This document shows, piece by piece, positions 18,682-28,472 of a DNA stretch of 54,387 bases (within the stretch, counting starts at the first letter, position 1; each line of letters opens with the position of its first letter). The position numbers were made by a program, and so were the translations under genes. The notes beneath the pieces were generated by a model. That model saw nothing but the letters and a program-made list of their open reading frames with translations. It did not search any database and was not told the origin of the DNA. The DNA is taken from assembly GCF_034927525.1 (NCBI RefSeq), contig NZ_JAYFPU010000206.1:1-54387 (forward strand). Direction: 5' to 3'. Origin of the DNA: Christensenella sp. (GTDB lineage: Bacteria; Bacillota; Clostridia; Christensenellales; Christensenellaceae).

Positions 18682-18855
18682 AATGTTAACTGTATTGAAA
18701 AAAGTTAACATTCAGTTGATACTTTGATTAAAACACAAATGATTTATGAAGTCAATCGCTTTTTTTACATAAATACCTCTTTTGGGGCAAAATAAGTTAA
18801 CATTTGGATATCATATTTACATTTGCTTGACAATCGTTAACGTATCCCTTACTAT
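18682..18855. promoter_or_regulatory. Divergent control region with repeated GTTAAC boxes and regulator promoter
   Basis: AATGTTAACT (18682-18691) and AGTTAACATT (18703-18712) form an inverted pair; AGTTAACATT recurs at 18795-18804; GTTAAC at 18836-18841 lies within TTGACA(18827)-17 bp-TACTAT(18850). Confidence 0.6.
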
Positions 18856-18902
18856 CATATTAAGAGTTTTTTGCCTATATAATAAGAAATGGGGACAAAA
18901 CA

Positions 18903-19904
18903 TTGGCCTTTTCTGTTGAAGAACGATACGATTTAAAGATTAAAATTGCACATTTATATTATATGGAAGATAAGACGCAGGCTGAGATTTCAAAAATGCT
19001 GAATATCTCCCGTCCGACCATCGTCAAAATGCTCAAAGAGGCAAAAATCGAAAAAATCGTCCGCATCCAGATCGCGGAGCCCCGCCAGACAAACGCCTTT
19101 TTGAAGGACGAGCTTGCCCTGCGGCACCTTTTGGGGATCGAGGACGTAAAGATCGTGAACGTGCCCAGTGAAAACCGCGACATTATCGACGACCGCATCG
19201 GCAGCGCCACGGCGACCTATACCGCCAACCTGTTAAAAAGCGGCGGACACATTGGCTTTGGGTGGGGGCGTACGCTTGAATGCTTTGCCGAGAAGGTGAA
19301 GACCACCAACAAAATCAAGGACGTGGAATTTATCCCGCTGATCGGCGGCCTCGGCACAAACCGTGAGGTCAACATCCTGTCAAACGCGTTATGCGAAAAG
19401 GTCGCTTCCAATTTCCCACGCAGCACGGTGCGTTATCTGTACGCGCCTATGATCGCCGCGAACATTTTAACGGCACAGGCATTCCTGGATTCCAAGCCGT
19501 TGAAAACGATCTTTGACAAAGCAAAATTACTTGATTTGGCAGTCGTCGGCATCGACGGAGAATTGGATCACTCCTCTACCATTGAAAATGTGCACGCCAC
19601 AGATTCGGACGCCGTCACACGCGGAGATATCGAAGATCTCAGAAAGAACAACGCGGTCGGCTGCATCTGTGCCCGTTTTTACGACGTCGGCGGAACGCCA
19701 TGCAACACGTCTCTTAACCAGCGCGTGATCGCCGTCAACACCGCCACACTCAAAAGCATCCCCACGGTGGTCGCTGCCGCGGGCGGCAAATACAAGGTTG
19801 ACGCCATCATCGGCGCGGCGCGGGGCAAGCTGTTCAACGTACTGATCACAGACGAATATACGGCCAAAGGCATTTTAGAGCGTCTAAAGCCGGAAGACCA
19901 ATAA
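18903..19904 (+). CDS. SorC/LsrR-type sugar-binding transcriptional regulator
   Basis: AHLYYMEDKTQAEI...ISRPTI HTH; GFGWGRT; IPLIGG; LITDE. TTG start. Confidence 0.9.
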   Translation: MAFSVEERYDLKIKIAHLYYMEDKTQAEISKMLNISRPTIVKMLKEAKIEKIVRIQIAEPRQTNAFLKDELALRHLLGIEDVKIVNVPSENRDIIDDRIGSATATYTANLLKSGGHIGFGWGRTLECFAEKVKTTNKIKDVEFIPLIGGLGTNREVNILSNALCEKVASNFPRSTVRYLYAPMIAANILTAQAFLDSKPLKTIFDKAKLLDLAVVGIDGELDHSSTIENVHATDSDAVTRGDIEDLRKNNAVGCICARFYDVGGTPCNTSLNQRVIAVNTATLKSIPTVVAAAGGKYKVDAIIGAARGKLFNVLITDEYTAKGILERLKPEDQ

Positions 19905-19929
19905 CGAACCATCCAAAGAGGGATTATAA

Positions 19930-21486
19930 ATGAAGTACTTTCTCGGCATCGACGCTGGTACAAACGGCGTAAAAGCTATCGTCATAGGAGAAAATGGCTA
20001 TCTGGCCGGCACAGGCTATGAGGAATATAATATGATCACGCCCAGATACCACCATGCCGAGGAAGACCCCGCAGAGTGGTGGTCTGCGTGCAAAAAAGCA
20101 GTCAAAGCCGCCGTCAATTCGAGCGACGCGGGCAAAAAGATCGAAGCGATCGGCATCACCGGCCAGATGCTTGCGACCACCTGTCTCGACCATAATTTAG
20201 ATACCATAGGCAACTGCATCATCTGGCTTGACCAGCGCGCCACCAAAGAAAAAGCATGGATCGAAGATAACATCGGCAGCGATACTTTTCTCGGCATCAC
20301 CGCCAATCATCCACTGCCCGGTTTTTGGGCGCCCAAGCTGATGTGGATGCAAAAAAACACCCCGGAGGAGTATCAAAGGATTTATAAGGTCCTGTTCTCC
20401 AAAGACTATCTCCGTTTTATGATGACGGGCGATATCTCCACCGAGGTCACGGACGCGTCAGGGTCTTTTTTGTTCGACGTTCCCCGGCGCGCATGGTCTG
20501 ACGAGCTTTTCACATTGTGCGGGATCGACAAATCGATCGTGCCCGAGCGCGTGCTTGAATCGTGCGACGTAGCCGGATATCTCAAACAGGACATCGCAAA
20601 GGAGCTCGGCCTGAAAAGCGGCATACCCGTTGTTGCGGGCTGCGGCGACCAGCAGGCAGGCGGCGTGGGCAACGGTGTCATCGAGGCCGGTATGGTCTCC
20701 TCCACCATCGGTGCGTCCGGCGTTGTGTTCGCGGCTATGGATACGCCCATCGCAGACAAGCTGCCGCGCGCGGCGCTTTCCATGTGTCACGTGCAAAAGG
20801 AAAAATGGTGTCTGTTCGGCTGTACGCTCGGTGCGGGCGGTTCCTTCAAATGGCTGCGCGATTCCATGTTTCCTACAGAAAAAAAAGAACTTGCCTCTCT
20901 TGGCAAGGACGTATACAACTATATGAGCGAGCTTGCGCAAAACGCCAAGCCGGGCAGTGAGGGTCTTTGCTTCCTGCCTTATTTGAACGGTGAGCGTACG
21001 CCGTATTCCGATCCAAACGCCTCCGGCGTATTTTTCGGCATCACCTACCGGCACGGACGCGAGGAGCTTTGCCGCTCCGTCATGGAGGGCGTTACGTTCA
21101 GCCTGCGTGATACGCTTGAAATTCTGCGCGAATACGACATCGAGGTCACCGAGATCAGGGCTTCGGGCGGCGGCGCAAAAAGCAGTTTGTGGCGGCACAT
21201 ACAAGCGGATATTTTCAACGCTTCCATCCTCAGCACGAGCATCGAAGAGGCTCCTGCGTGCGGTGTGGCGCTGATGGCGTCTGTTGGGTGCGGCGCGTTT
21301 TCTTCTTTGAAAGACGCCTGCCGTTCGATCATCAAGATCACAGGTGAAGTAAAACCCGATCCCACAAACGTGGAGATCTATGAAGAATATTATGGAACCT
21401 ACCGTTCCTTATACCCCATCCTAAAGGATACCTACGCGCGACAGGCAGAACTGGTCGTCAAAAACAGCGAACGGTTCAATTATTAA
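19930..21486 (+). CDS. xylB: FGGY carbohydrate kinase, xylulokinase-like
   Basis: LGIDAGT, GITGQM, IIWLDQR, PKL.W, KDYLRF, GDQQAG, LPYLNGERTP, GGGAKS; true substrate unproven. Confidence 0.78.
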   Translation: MKYFLGIDAGTNGVKAIVIGENGYLAGTGYEEYNMITPRYHHAEEDPAEWWSACKKAVKAAVNSSDAGKKIEAIGITGQMLATTCLDHNLDTIGNCIIWLDQRATKEKAWIEDNIGSDTFLGITANHPLPGFWAPKLMWMQKNTPEEYQRIYKVLFSKDYLRFMMTGDISTEVTDASGSFLFDVPRRAWSDELFTLCGIDKSIVPERVLESCDVAGYLKQDIAKELGLKSGIPVVAGCGDQQAGGVGNGVIEAGMVSSTIGASGVVFAAMDTPIADKLPRAALSMCHVQKEKWCLFGCTLGAGGSFKWLRDSMFPTEKKELASLGKDVYNYMSELAQNAKPGSEGLCFLPYLNGERTPYSDPNASGVFFGITYRHGREELCRSVMEGVTFSLRDTLEILREYDIEVTEIRASGGGAKSSLWRHIQADIFNASILSTSIEEAPACGVALMASVGCGAFSSLKDACRSIIKITGEVKPDPTNVEIYEEYYGTYRSLYPILKDTYARQAELVVKNSERFNY

Positions 21487-21496
21487 AAATTTGCAC

Positions 21497-21526
21497 AAAA
21501 AAAACACGGCGATTGCCGTGTTTTTT
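21497..21526. terminator. Bidirectional intrinsic terminator
   Basis: AAAAAACACGGC-GATT-GCCGTGTTTTTT between convergent genes. Confidence 0.88.
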
Positions 21527-21528
21527 CT

Positions 21529-23187
21529 TTATGCTTTATCTGCGTCCTCTGTGCGTATCTGTATGCGCCGTATTTTTCCGCTTACCGTTTTAGGCAGTTC
21601 TTCCACAAATTCGACCACGCGCGGATATTTGTAAGGCGCCGTCACATTCTTGACGTGCGTCTGCAGCTCTTTCCTGAGCGCATCGCTCTGCTCGTATCCA
21701 CGCGCCAGCACGACAGTCGCTTTCACGACCTGCCCGCGCACCGGATCAGGCACGGCTGTCACCGCGCATTCGAGCACGCACGGATGCGTCAGCAGCGCGC
21801 TCTCTACCTCAAACGGCCCGATCCGGTATCCTGAGCATTTGATTACGTCGTCGTTGCGGCCCACAAACCAGAAATAGCCTTCCGCGTCCCGCCATGCCGT
21901 ATCGCCCGTGTTATAAACACCGTCCTGCCAGCAGCGCTCAGTCGCCTCTTTATCCTTATAATACTTTTTAAACAATCCTGTCGGATGTTTTTTGTCGGTA
22001 TTTTTGACCACGATCGAACCGACGATACCATCCTCGCACGAATTGCCGTCTTCATCCACAATATCCACATCATAAAGCGGCGACGGCTTTCCCGTCGAAC
22101 CCGGCTTGATCGGATCCCAACCGAAATTCGCAATCAGCACACTTGTCTCCGATTGTCCAAAGCCCTCCGTCACGGCAAGGCCTGTCATCTCCAAAAAGCG
22201 GTTATACACCTCCGGATTTAATGGTTCTCCCGCGATGCCCGCGTGCCTGATCGTCGAAAAGTCACACCCGCTCATATCCTCCTTGATCAAAAAACGATAA
22301 ATCGTCGGCGGCGCGCAAAACGTCGTCAGCTTGAGCCTGTCGATCGTTTCAAGCATTTTATGCGGATCGAATTTTTCCGTATCATAAGCGACGATAACCG
22401 CTCCGCAGATCCATTGTCCGTATATTTTCCCCCAGCCGAATTTTGCCCAGCCGGAATCCGCAACAGTCAGGTGCAGCCCGCCGTCCTCCACCTTCTGCCA
22501 ATACTTCGCAGTCACAATGTGCCCCAGCGGATATGTAAAGTCGTGCAGGATCATCTTCGGCATCCCCGTCGTGCCCGACGAAAAGTAGATCAGCATGGGG
22601 TCGTCGTTTTCGTTCTGATATGCGCGCGTCCAGTTTTCGTCCGCTTCGCTTAAGGCATTCCTTAAGTCAAACGCCCATGCGGGAATGTTCTTCCCCACTA
22701 CGCCCACGCTTTTCAGTGTCGGGCATTCTTGCAGAGATTGCTCGATATGCCCGAGCATCTCGTCATCATCTACTGCACAGATCATCTTGATCTCCGCCGC
22801 ATTACAGCGGTAGATGATGTCCTTAGGCGTAAGCTGGAACGTCGCCGGTATGCACACCGCCCCCAGCTTATGAAGGCCGACCATCATAAACCAGACCTCT
22901 GGCCGCTGCTTTAGCATCAGCATGACCGCATCGCCCTTTTCGATCCCTTTGCTTTTCAGCATATTGGCCACTTTATTGCTTAGGCGGCTCACATCGCCGA
23001 ACGAATACCTCTTTTCGTTGCCGTCGTCGTCACACCATACAAGCGCGGGCTTATTTTCGTCCTGCTGCGCCCATCCGTCTACAATATCATACGCAAAATT
23101 AAAGTGTTCCGGTATATTGAGCGCATAATTCTGCTTAAAATCATCGTAATTCTCAAATTCTGTCCTGTCTAAAAAACGTTCCAACAT
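21529..23187 (-). CDS. AMP-forming acyl-CoA synthetase (acetyl/medium-chain type)
   Basis: YFSSGTTGMPK, GFGQSET, YNTGD, GRNDDVIKCSGYRIGPFEVE, LPKTVSGKIRR. Confidence 0.93.
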   Translation of the reverse strand: MLERFLDRTEFENYDDFKQNYALNIPEHFNFAYDIVDGWAQQDENKPALVWCDDDGNEKRYSFGDVSRLSNKVANMLKSKGIEKGDAVMLMLKQRPEVWFMMVGLHKLGAVCIPATFQLTPKDIIYRCNAAEIKMICAVDDDEMLGHIEQSLQECPTLKSVGVVGKNIPAWAFDLRNALSEADENWTRAYQNENDDPMLIYFSSGTTGMPKMILHDFTYPLGHIVTAKYWQKVEDGGLHLTVADSGWAKFGWGKIYGQWICGAVIVAYDTEKFDPHKMLETIDRLKLTTFCAPPTIYRFLIKEDMSGCDFSTIRHAGIAGEPLNPEVYNRFLEMTGLAVTEGFGQSETSVLIANFGWDPIKPGSTGKPSPLYDVDIVDEDGNSCEDGIVGSIVVKNTDKKHPTGLFKKYYKDKEATERCWQDGVYNTGDTAWRDAEGYFWFVGRNDDVIKCSGYRIGPFEVESALLTHPCVLECAVTAVPDPVRGQVVKATVVLARGYEQSDALRKELQTHVKNVTAPYKYPRVVEFVEELPKTVSGKIRRIQIRTEDADKA

Positions 23188-23197
23188 ATACCCGCCC

Positions 23198-23743
23198 TCA
23201 CTCGTTGATGATCGTCAAAAATTTCGCTTCGCCGTCTATGGCACGCTGCCCGTGCGGGATCGCCGGATTGAAATAAATGCTGTCGCCCGCCCCCAGCACA
23301 AACTCTCGCTCGCCGATCACAATCTTGATACTGCCTTCCAGCACATAATTGAATTCCTGCCCGTCATGCGTCACCAGCTCCGCCTCCTCGCTGGGGGAAA
23401 TGGTCACGATCATCGGCTCCATATCGCGGTGTTTATAATTATATGCCAGCGATGTAAACGAATACCCAGGATAGCGCTCTACGCTCACGCCGTTGCCGCC
23501 CCGCACGATCGTATATTCGTCCATGCGCGGCGCTTCGCCCGTCAAAAGCTCTGTCGGGTCTACTTTAAGCTCCGCAGCCACGCCGTAAAGCACGCCAATC
23601 GGGATATCGTCCTGCGCGCTTTCATATTTTTGATATTCTTGAAGGCCTACGCCCACCTTGCGCGCGACCTCTTCCTGCGGGATCTCAAGGATCTCCCTTA
23701 GCTCGCGTATCCTTGCCGCAATCTGCACGACCTGACTGTTCAT
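23198..23743 (-). CDS. XRE-family HTH plus cupin transcriptional regulator
   Basis: RIRELRE...HTH; C-terminal HDGQEFNYVLEG...GDSIYF...PHG cupin. Confidence 0.9.
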   Translation of the reverse strand: MNSQVVQIAARIRELREILEIPQEEVARKVGVGLQEYQKYESAQDDIPIGVLYGVAAELKVDPTELLTGEAPRMDEYTIVRGGNGVSVERYPGYSFTSLAYNYKHRDMEPMIVTISPSEEAELVTHDGQEFNYVLEGSIKIVIGEREFVLGAGDSIYFNPAIPHGQRAIDGEAKFLTIINE

Positions 23744-23830
23744 CGCTTTTTCCTCTTTTCTGCAATTTGGGGGATTAAAAATACCCTTTTATTGTAGCCT
23801 GTTCAAAAAACACTGTCAATGTAAGCAAGC

Positions 23831-23858
23831 AAAAAGACCGCGTTTTAAATGCGGTCTT
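23831..23858 (-). terminator. Probable intrinsic terminator
   Basis: AAGACCGC...GCGGTCTT stem with T run on the minus strand, just after the PKTG remnant. Confidence 0.55.
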
Positions 23859-23871
23859 CCCTGTTTTACTG

Positions 23872-24000
23872 TTATTTTTCCGTTTTCAATTTTCGTATAT
23901 ACCATCCGGCAGTCAGCGTGCTGAAAAGTATCAGTACAAGTATTCCTCCCGCAGAGGTTTCGTCGCCTGTTTTGGGCGCTGCGCTTTGCCCTTCCCCCAT
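23872..24000 (-). pseudogene. Isolated sortase cell-wall sorting signal (C-terminal remnant of a surface protein, or mini-protein)
   Basis: MGEGQSAAPKTGDETSAGGILVLILFSTLTAGWYIRKLKTEK*: xPKTG motif, hydrophobic stretch, basic tail; no signal peptide or body upstream. Confidence 0.55.
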
Positions 24001-24019
24001 AGAATGGTATAATAAAAAC

Positions 24020-24874
24020 ATGAAAATCCAGACAGTAATCAAAAAATTTGAAGGAAGCGACATATTTTTTCGTTGTCCGGTCTGCAGGGCCTCCCTTTCA
24101 TTGCATGAGAACGGGAGTTTTTTGTGCAAAAACGGGCATTGCTTCGACTTGTCTTCCAAGGGTTATGTCCACCTGCTTCCCGGCGGCGCGGGACACGACC
24201 TGCGATACGACAGCGAATTGTTTACAAGCCGCAAAACGGTTTTTGGGGACGGCTTCTTTGAGCCTGTCGCTATGGCAGTGCAGGAGACGGTAACACGCTT
24301 TCTTCCCGACAAAACTCCCGTCGTTTTAGACGCAGGCTGCGGGGAAGGATACTATTCACACTTTCTGGCACGTTCGCCAGGCTTACACGTCTATGGGATC
24401 GACAATGTGAAGGAAGCGGTTGTATTGGCGGCCAAAGAGCCGGGGCATGCACGCTTTGCCGTTGCCGACCTCGCCGCCCTGCCTGTTGCCGACGGCGCGG
24501 TAGGTATTTTGCTCAACATTTTAGCGCCCGCAAACTACGACGAATTCGCCCGCGTGTTGTGCCCGGATGGCGCGATCATAAAAGCCGTGCCCGGAAAACA
24601 ATATCTGCGCGAGCTGCGTCAATGCGTGTCCAAAAACCTGGAAAGCAAAACATATACCAACGAAAAAACAATCGGCCATATGGCGCGTCACGCCGATATC
24701 GCCGATCAAAAAACGATCCTTTATACGCTTCCTGTCTCGCAGGAACAGCTTGTCTCTTTTTATAAAATGACGCCCCTGACGTCACATATCCCCATACAAG
24801 AAGCGCAGCTTGAGCACATCACAGAGATCACCATCCACTTCGAGCTGCTCATCGCTTATCCGCGGAAGCGGTAA
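24020..24874 (+). CDS. rlmA: 23S rRNA (guanine-N1) methyltransferase RlmA family
   Basis: CPVC...C..GHCFD...GYVHL Zn finger, VLDAGCGEGYY SAM motif, L.ELR, MTP. Start at ATG 24020. Confidence 0.82.
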   Translation: MKIQTVIKKFEGSDIFFRCPVCRASLSLHENGSFLCKNGHCFDLSSKGYVHLLPGGAGHDLRYDSELFTSRKTVFGDGFFEPVAMAVQETVTRFLPDKTPVVLDAGCGEGYYSHFLARSPGLHVYGIDNVKEAVVLAAKEPGHARFAVADLAALPVADGAVGILLNILAPANYDEFARVLCPDGAIIKAVPGKQYLRELRQCVSKNLESKTYTNEKTIGHMARHADIADQKTILYTLPVSQEQLVSFYKMTPLTSHIPIQEAQLEHITEITIHFELLIAYPRKR

Positions 24875-25542
24875 CCCGAGCCCCATACTGTTTCGATATA
24901 TTTTTTGCCGCCGCGTTCGATCTTGTCGCGGATGCGGTTGATATGCACCGTCACTGTCGCCGTGTCTCCAAACGGTTCCATTCCCCATATCCGGTCAAAG
25001 AGTGTTTCTTTGCTGAACACGACGTTTGGATGGGAGGCAAGGAAGGCCAGCAGTTCGAACTCCTTATTTTTAAACACCACTTCTTGTCCCGCGAGAAAGA
25101 TCCGGCGGGCCTCTACGTCGATCACCAGCCCGTCTGTTTCTATTCTATTTGCCTTATCCTCTTTTGACGCACCCGTCAACCGCTTGTACCGCGCAATGTG
25201 CGCCTGCACGCGCGCCACCAGCTCGGACGGGCTGAACGGCTTAACCATATAATCGTCCGCGCCCAGACCAAGCCCGCGTATCTTGTCGATATCCTCCCTG
25301 CGCGCAGAAACCATGATCACCGGCGTATCTTTTTTCTCGCGCAGCCTCCTGCATATTTCAAACCCGTCCACACCAGGTAGCATAACATCGAGCACGATCG
25401 TCGCATACTCATTCCCGAGCGCCTCCTCAAGCCCTTCTGTACCAGTAAAAACGTTGGTCACTTCAAATCCGTTTGCCTGTAAATAATCCCGCTCGAGCTC
25501 TGCTATGCTCTTGTCGTCTTCAACGATCAGTATTCGTTTCAT
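24856..25542 (-). CDS. OmpR-family response regulator
   Basis: ILIVEDD, LDVMLP, GADDYMVKPFS, VTVHINRIRDK, ETVWGSGYRF. Confidence 0.95.
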   Translation of the reverse strand: MKRILIVEDDKSIAELERDYLQANGFEVTNVFTGTEGLEEALGNEYATIVLDVMLPGVDGFEICRRLREKKDTPVIMVSARREDIDKIRGLGLGADDYMVKPFSPSELVARVQAHIARYKRLTGASKEDKANRIETDGLVIDVEARRIFLAGQEVVFKNKEFELLAFLASHPNVVFSKETLFDRIWGMEPFGDTATVTVHINRIRDKIERGGKKYIETVWGSGYRFRG

Positions 25543-25546
25543 GCCC

Positions 25547-27061
25547 TTACTCTCCCTGTCGCGGCAAAACGATCATCACGGCAAGCCCCAACCCCGGCCG
25601 TCCCTGCGCAAAAATTTTCCCGCCCATCCGCATGACGATGCGGCGCGCGATCGAAAGCCCGAGGCCGCTGCCCTTTGCCGCATTGCCCCGCGCAGGATCG
25701 CCGCGGTAAAAACTCTCGAATATCTTTTCCGCCTCTGCTTCGCCGATCCCGCTGCCGTTGTCCGAAAACACGATCCGCACAGCGCCCTCGCCTACGTCCT
25801 CCAGCACAATATTGATCCGGCTTTTCACAGACGCATCTTTTTTTCGATATTTCACGCTGTTGTCCGCAAGGTTTTTCAGCACGCGCCCAAGCTGCGCACG
25901 ATCAATCTTTGTCCATACATGCCCCGCGCACCTGTTTTCAAATACAAGCTCCATATCATGCTTTTCTATGCCGAGCCGCAGCTCCCCGCAGCAGTGCAAA
26001 AGATAGGCGGCAAGATCGGTACGCTCCATGTGAAAAGGCATTTTATCTGTCCCGAGCTTGGAAAACAAAAACAAATTCTCCACAAGCTGATCCATATCGC
26101 ACGCCGTATCATAGATCGTGCGCAGGTAATGCTCCTGTTTCTCGGGCGTATCTGCGATGCCGTCAACGATCCCGCTCACATAGCCCTTGATGGATGTGAT
26201 GGGCGTCAGCAGGTCGTGCGATATCCCGGCGATCATCTCCTGCTGTTCTCTGGCGTATTGCTGTTGCAGCAATACGGATTTTTTCAGCCGCCGCCGCATT
26301 TCGTCAAATTCCTCGCATACCTGCCCCATTTCGTCTCCGGAACGAAAATCAACTGCATAATCCAGATTACCGTTTCGTATCTCTGTTGTCGCCCTGCTCA
26401 ATTGCCGGAGCGGCGCCAAAATGCTTCTCGACACTTTCTTAGATAAGATCACACCCGTTAGTACAATGATCAGGATCGCCGTGCCGCCCATCGCCACCAA
26501 TAAAATTTTCAATTGGGTTTTTATCTGTTCATATACATAATACTCTCCTGTATCATAGGCGAGCCCGCGGTTTACGACAAAAACAGAATATGTCGTTCCC
26601 GCCGCATCCGTTTGCGTCCGGTAGACAAACCCGTTTTCGTTGCGTAAAAACAACGGCGTATCTCCTTTGCCCGCACCGATCTCCGCCGCATTTGCAAGCA
26701 TTTCCCGCTCCGAAGCGCCCGGCGTGCGGTATAGGATATCCGTGCCGTCCAAAACCAGAATCTCTGTACCGAACCCTTCCATGTCCTCGCACACACCTAA
26801 AAAGGCCGATCCCTGCGCGAACGGCTGTGCGTTTTCCACAAGCTCCTCGCTCAAAGAATCCACCATCACCTGCAGCTGGTAGTTCGTTGTTTTACTGCTG
26901 AATTTTTCCAGCGCCGTGACCGTAAGTCCCGAGCCCTTGCCCTCCAGTATGCCGAACAGGATGCCCACCATAACAAGTAAAACGATCATCACCGGAATGA
27001 CGATCATCATAAAGTTTGCCAATGTAATTTTCTTTTGGATCGAAATGTCTTTGAATTTCAA
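25547..27061 (-). CDS. HAMP-domain sensor histidine kinase
   Basis: Two TM helices, HAMP, ISHDLLTPIT H-box, NSVKY, DNGSGI, GSGLGLSI; TTG start overlaps the GNAT stop. Confidence 0.93.
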   Translation of the reverse strand: MKFKDISIQKKITLANFMMIVIPVMIVLLVMVGILFGILEGKGSGLTVTALEKFSSKTTNYQLQVMVDSLSEELVENAQPFAQGSAFLGVCEDMEGFGTEILVLDGTDILYRTPGASEREMLANAAEIGAGKGDTPLFLRNENGFVYRTQTDAAGTTYSVFVVNRGLAYDTGEYYVYEQIKTQLKILLVAMGGTAILIIVLTGVILSKKVSRSILAPLRQLSRATTEIRNGNLDYAVDFRSGDEMGQVCEEFDEMRRRLKKSVLLQQQYAREQQEMIAGISHDLLTPITSIKGYVSGIVDGIADTPEKQEHYLRTIYDTACDMDQLVENLFLFSKLGTDKMPFHMERTDLAAYLLHCCGELRLGIEKHDMELVFENRCAGHVWTKIDRAQLGRVLKNLADNSVKYRKKDASVKSRINIVLEDVGEGAVRIVFSDNGSGIGEAEAEKIFESFYRGDPARGNAAKGSGLGLSIARRIVMRMGGKIFAQGRPGLGLAVMIVLPRQGE

Positions 27062-27576
27062 ATCACGAATGCATACATGCAGGAATCCTGCACGCGCCCC
27101 TCCTTATATACTGAACGCTCGGCGATCCCCTCCAGGCGAAACCCTGCGTTTTGCAGCACCTTTCTTGATCCGGCATTTTCCGCAAACGGCTCCGCAAAGA
27201 TACGCACGATATCCAAGCTATCGAACGCTACATTGCATATCTGGCGCACCGCGCGCGTCATGATCCCGCGTCCCCAGTAGGGCTCCGCCAGCCAGTATCC
27301 GAGCTCCGCACTTTTGCAGTAGATGTTGTCCTTTTGAAAAACGCCAATGCTCCCGACTGCTTCGCCGTCCACATCGATCGCCAGCATAATGTTCTTCTTA
27401 GGGTCGGCGGCAAGGCACATATCCTCAATAAACACAACCGCGTCCTCGAGAGTATAGGGAAAAGGAAGCCCGTCACGCAGCCATTTTTGCACGTCATGAT
27501 TGTTGATGTAACGCGCAACGCTGTGCGCATCACTTTTTTCCCATTTTCTCAATACAAAATCCATTTCACGCCGCAT
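27058..27576 (-). CDS. GNAT N-acetyltransferase (RimJ/RimL family)
   Basis: ELGYWLAEPYWGRGIMT, N.GS.KVL..AGF..EG; TGGTATACT -10 box and AAGGAG SD upstream. Confidence 0.9.
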   Translation of the reverse strand: MRREMDFVLRKWEKSDAHSVARYINNHDVQKWLRDGLPFPYTLEDAVVFIEDMCLAADPKKNIMLAIDVDGEAVGSIGVFQKDNIYCKSAELGYWLAEPYWGRGIMTRAVRQICNVAFDSLDIVRIFAEPFAENAGSRKVLQNAGFRLEGIAERSVYKEGRVQDSCMYAFVI

Positions 27577-27620
27577 TTCTTGCTCCTTAGTATACCAAAG
27601 CGGCGTAAAAAAAGCGACGG

Positions 27621-28469
27621 TTACTTTTCGTATGAATAAAAACCCTGTTTTGTCTTTTTTCCCAGCAGTCCGCCGCGCACCATTTTTTTGAGCAGCGGAT
27701 GCGGACGGTATTTGTCCTCCCCTGTTTCCGCTTGCAGTACCTCCATGATCGCCAGAACCACGTCAAGCCCGATCATATCCCCCAGTGCCAGCGGGCCGAT
27801 CGGCTGGTTCGATCCCAGCTTCATCGCCGTATCAATATCCTGCACCGAAGAAACGTCGTCGGCATATACGCCGATCGCCTCGTTGATCATGGGAATCAGT
27901 ATCCTGTTCACCACAAAGCCCGCGTGTTCCTTAACGCATATCGGCGTTTTGCCAACTTCGCGCGCCGTCTTTACGATACGTTCCACGACCGCCGGCGCGG
28001 TATGCATACCGCTCACGACCTCGACCAGCTTCATGATGTTTGCCGGATTGAAAAAGTGCATGCCCAAAAAACGCTCCCTGTATTTCAGCCCGTTCCCGAT
28101 TTCCGTGATAGACAGGGACGAGGTATTGGACGCAAGGATCGTATCGCTTCCCACAATTTTTTCCAGCGCGCCAAACATCTCCCGCTTGGCCTCCATGTTC
28201 TCATAGATCGCCTCCACGACAAGGTCGCTTCCGCCGCACTCCTCCATATTGTCCGTAAAATTTATCCGTGTTAGGATTTCGTCTTTTTGTCTCTCGCTGA
28301 TTTTTTCTTTCGCCATCATATACAGCAGCGAATCACAGATGATGTCCCTTCCTCGCCCCACATCCGCCATACTGCGATCCGCCAAAACGACTTCGCGATC
28401 CGCCATTGCAAACACCTGTGCAATGGATGCACCCATCGTTCCCGCGCCGATTACCGCTATTTTCTTCAT
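27621..28469 (-). CDS. hbd: 3-hydroxybutyryl-CoA dehydrogenase
   Basis: VIGAGTMG, VVEAIYE, ASNTSSLSI, GMHFFNPA, GFVVNRIL, GPLALGD.IGLD. Confidence 0.93.
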   Translation of the reverse strand: MKKIAVIGAGTMGASIAQVFAMADREVVLADRSMADVGRGRDIICDSLLYMMAKEKISERQKDEILTRINFTDNMEECGGSDLVVEAIYENMEAKREMFGALEKIVGSDTILASNTSSLSITEIGNGLKYRERFLGMHFFNPANIMKLVEVVSGMHTAPAVVERIVKTAREVGKTPICVKEHAGFVVNRILIPMINEAIGVYADDVSSVQDIDTAMKLGSNQPIGPLALGDMIGLDVVLAIMEVLQAETGEDKYRPHPLLKKMVRGGLLGKKTKQGFYSYEK

Positions 28470-28472
28470 TTA

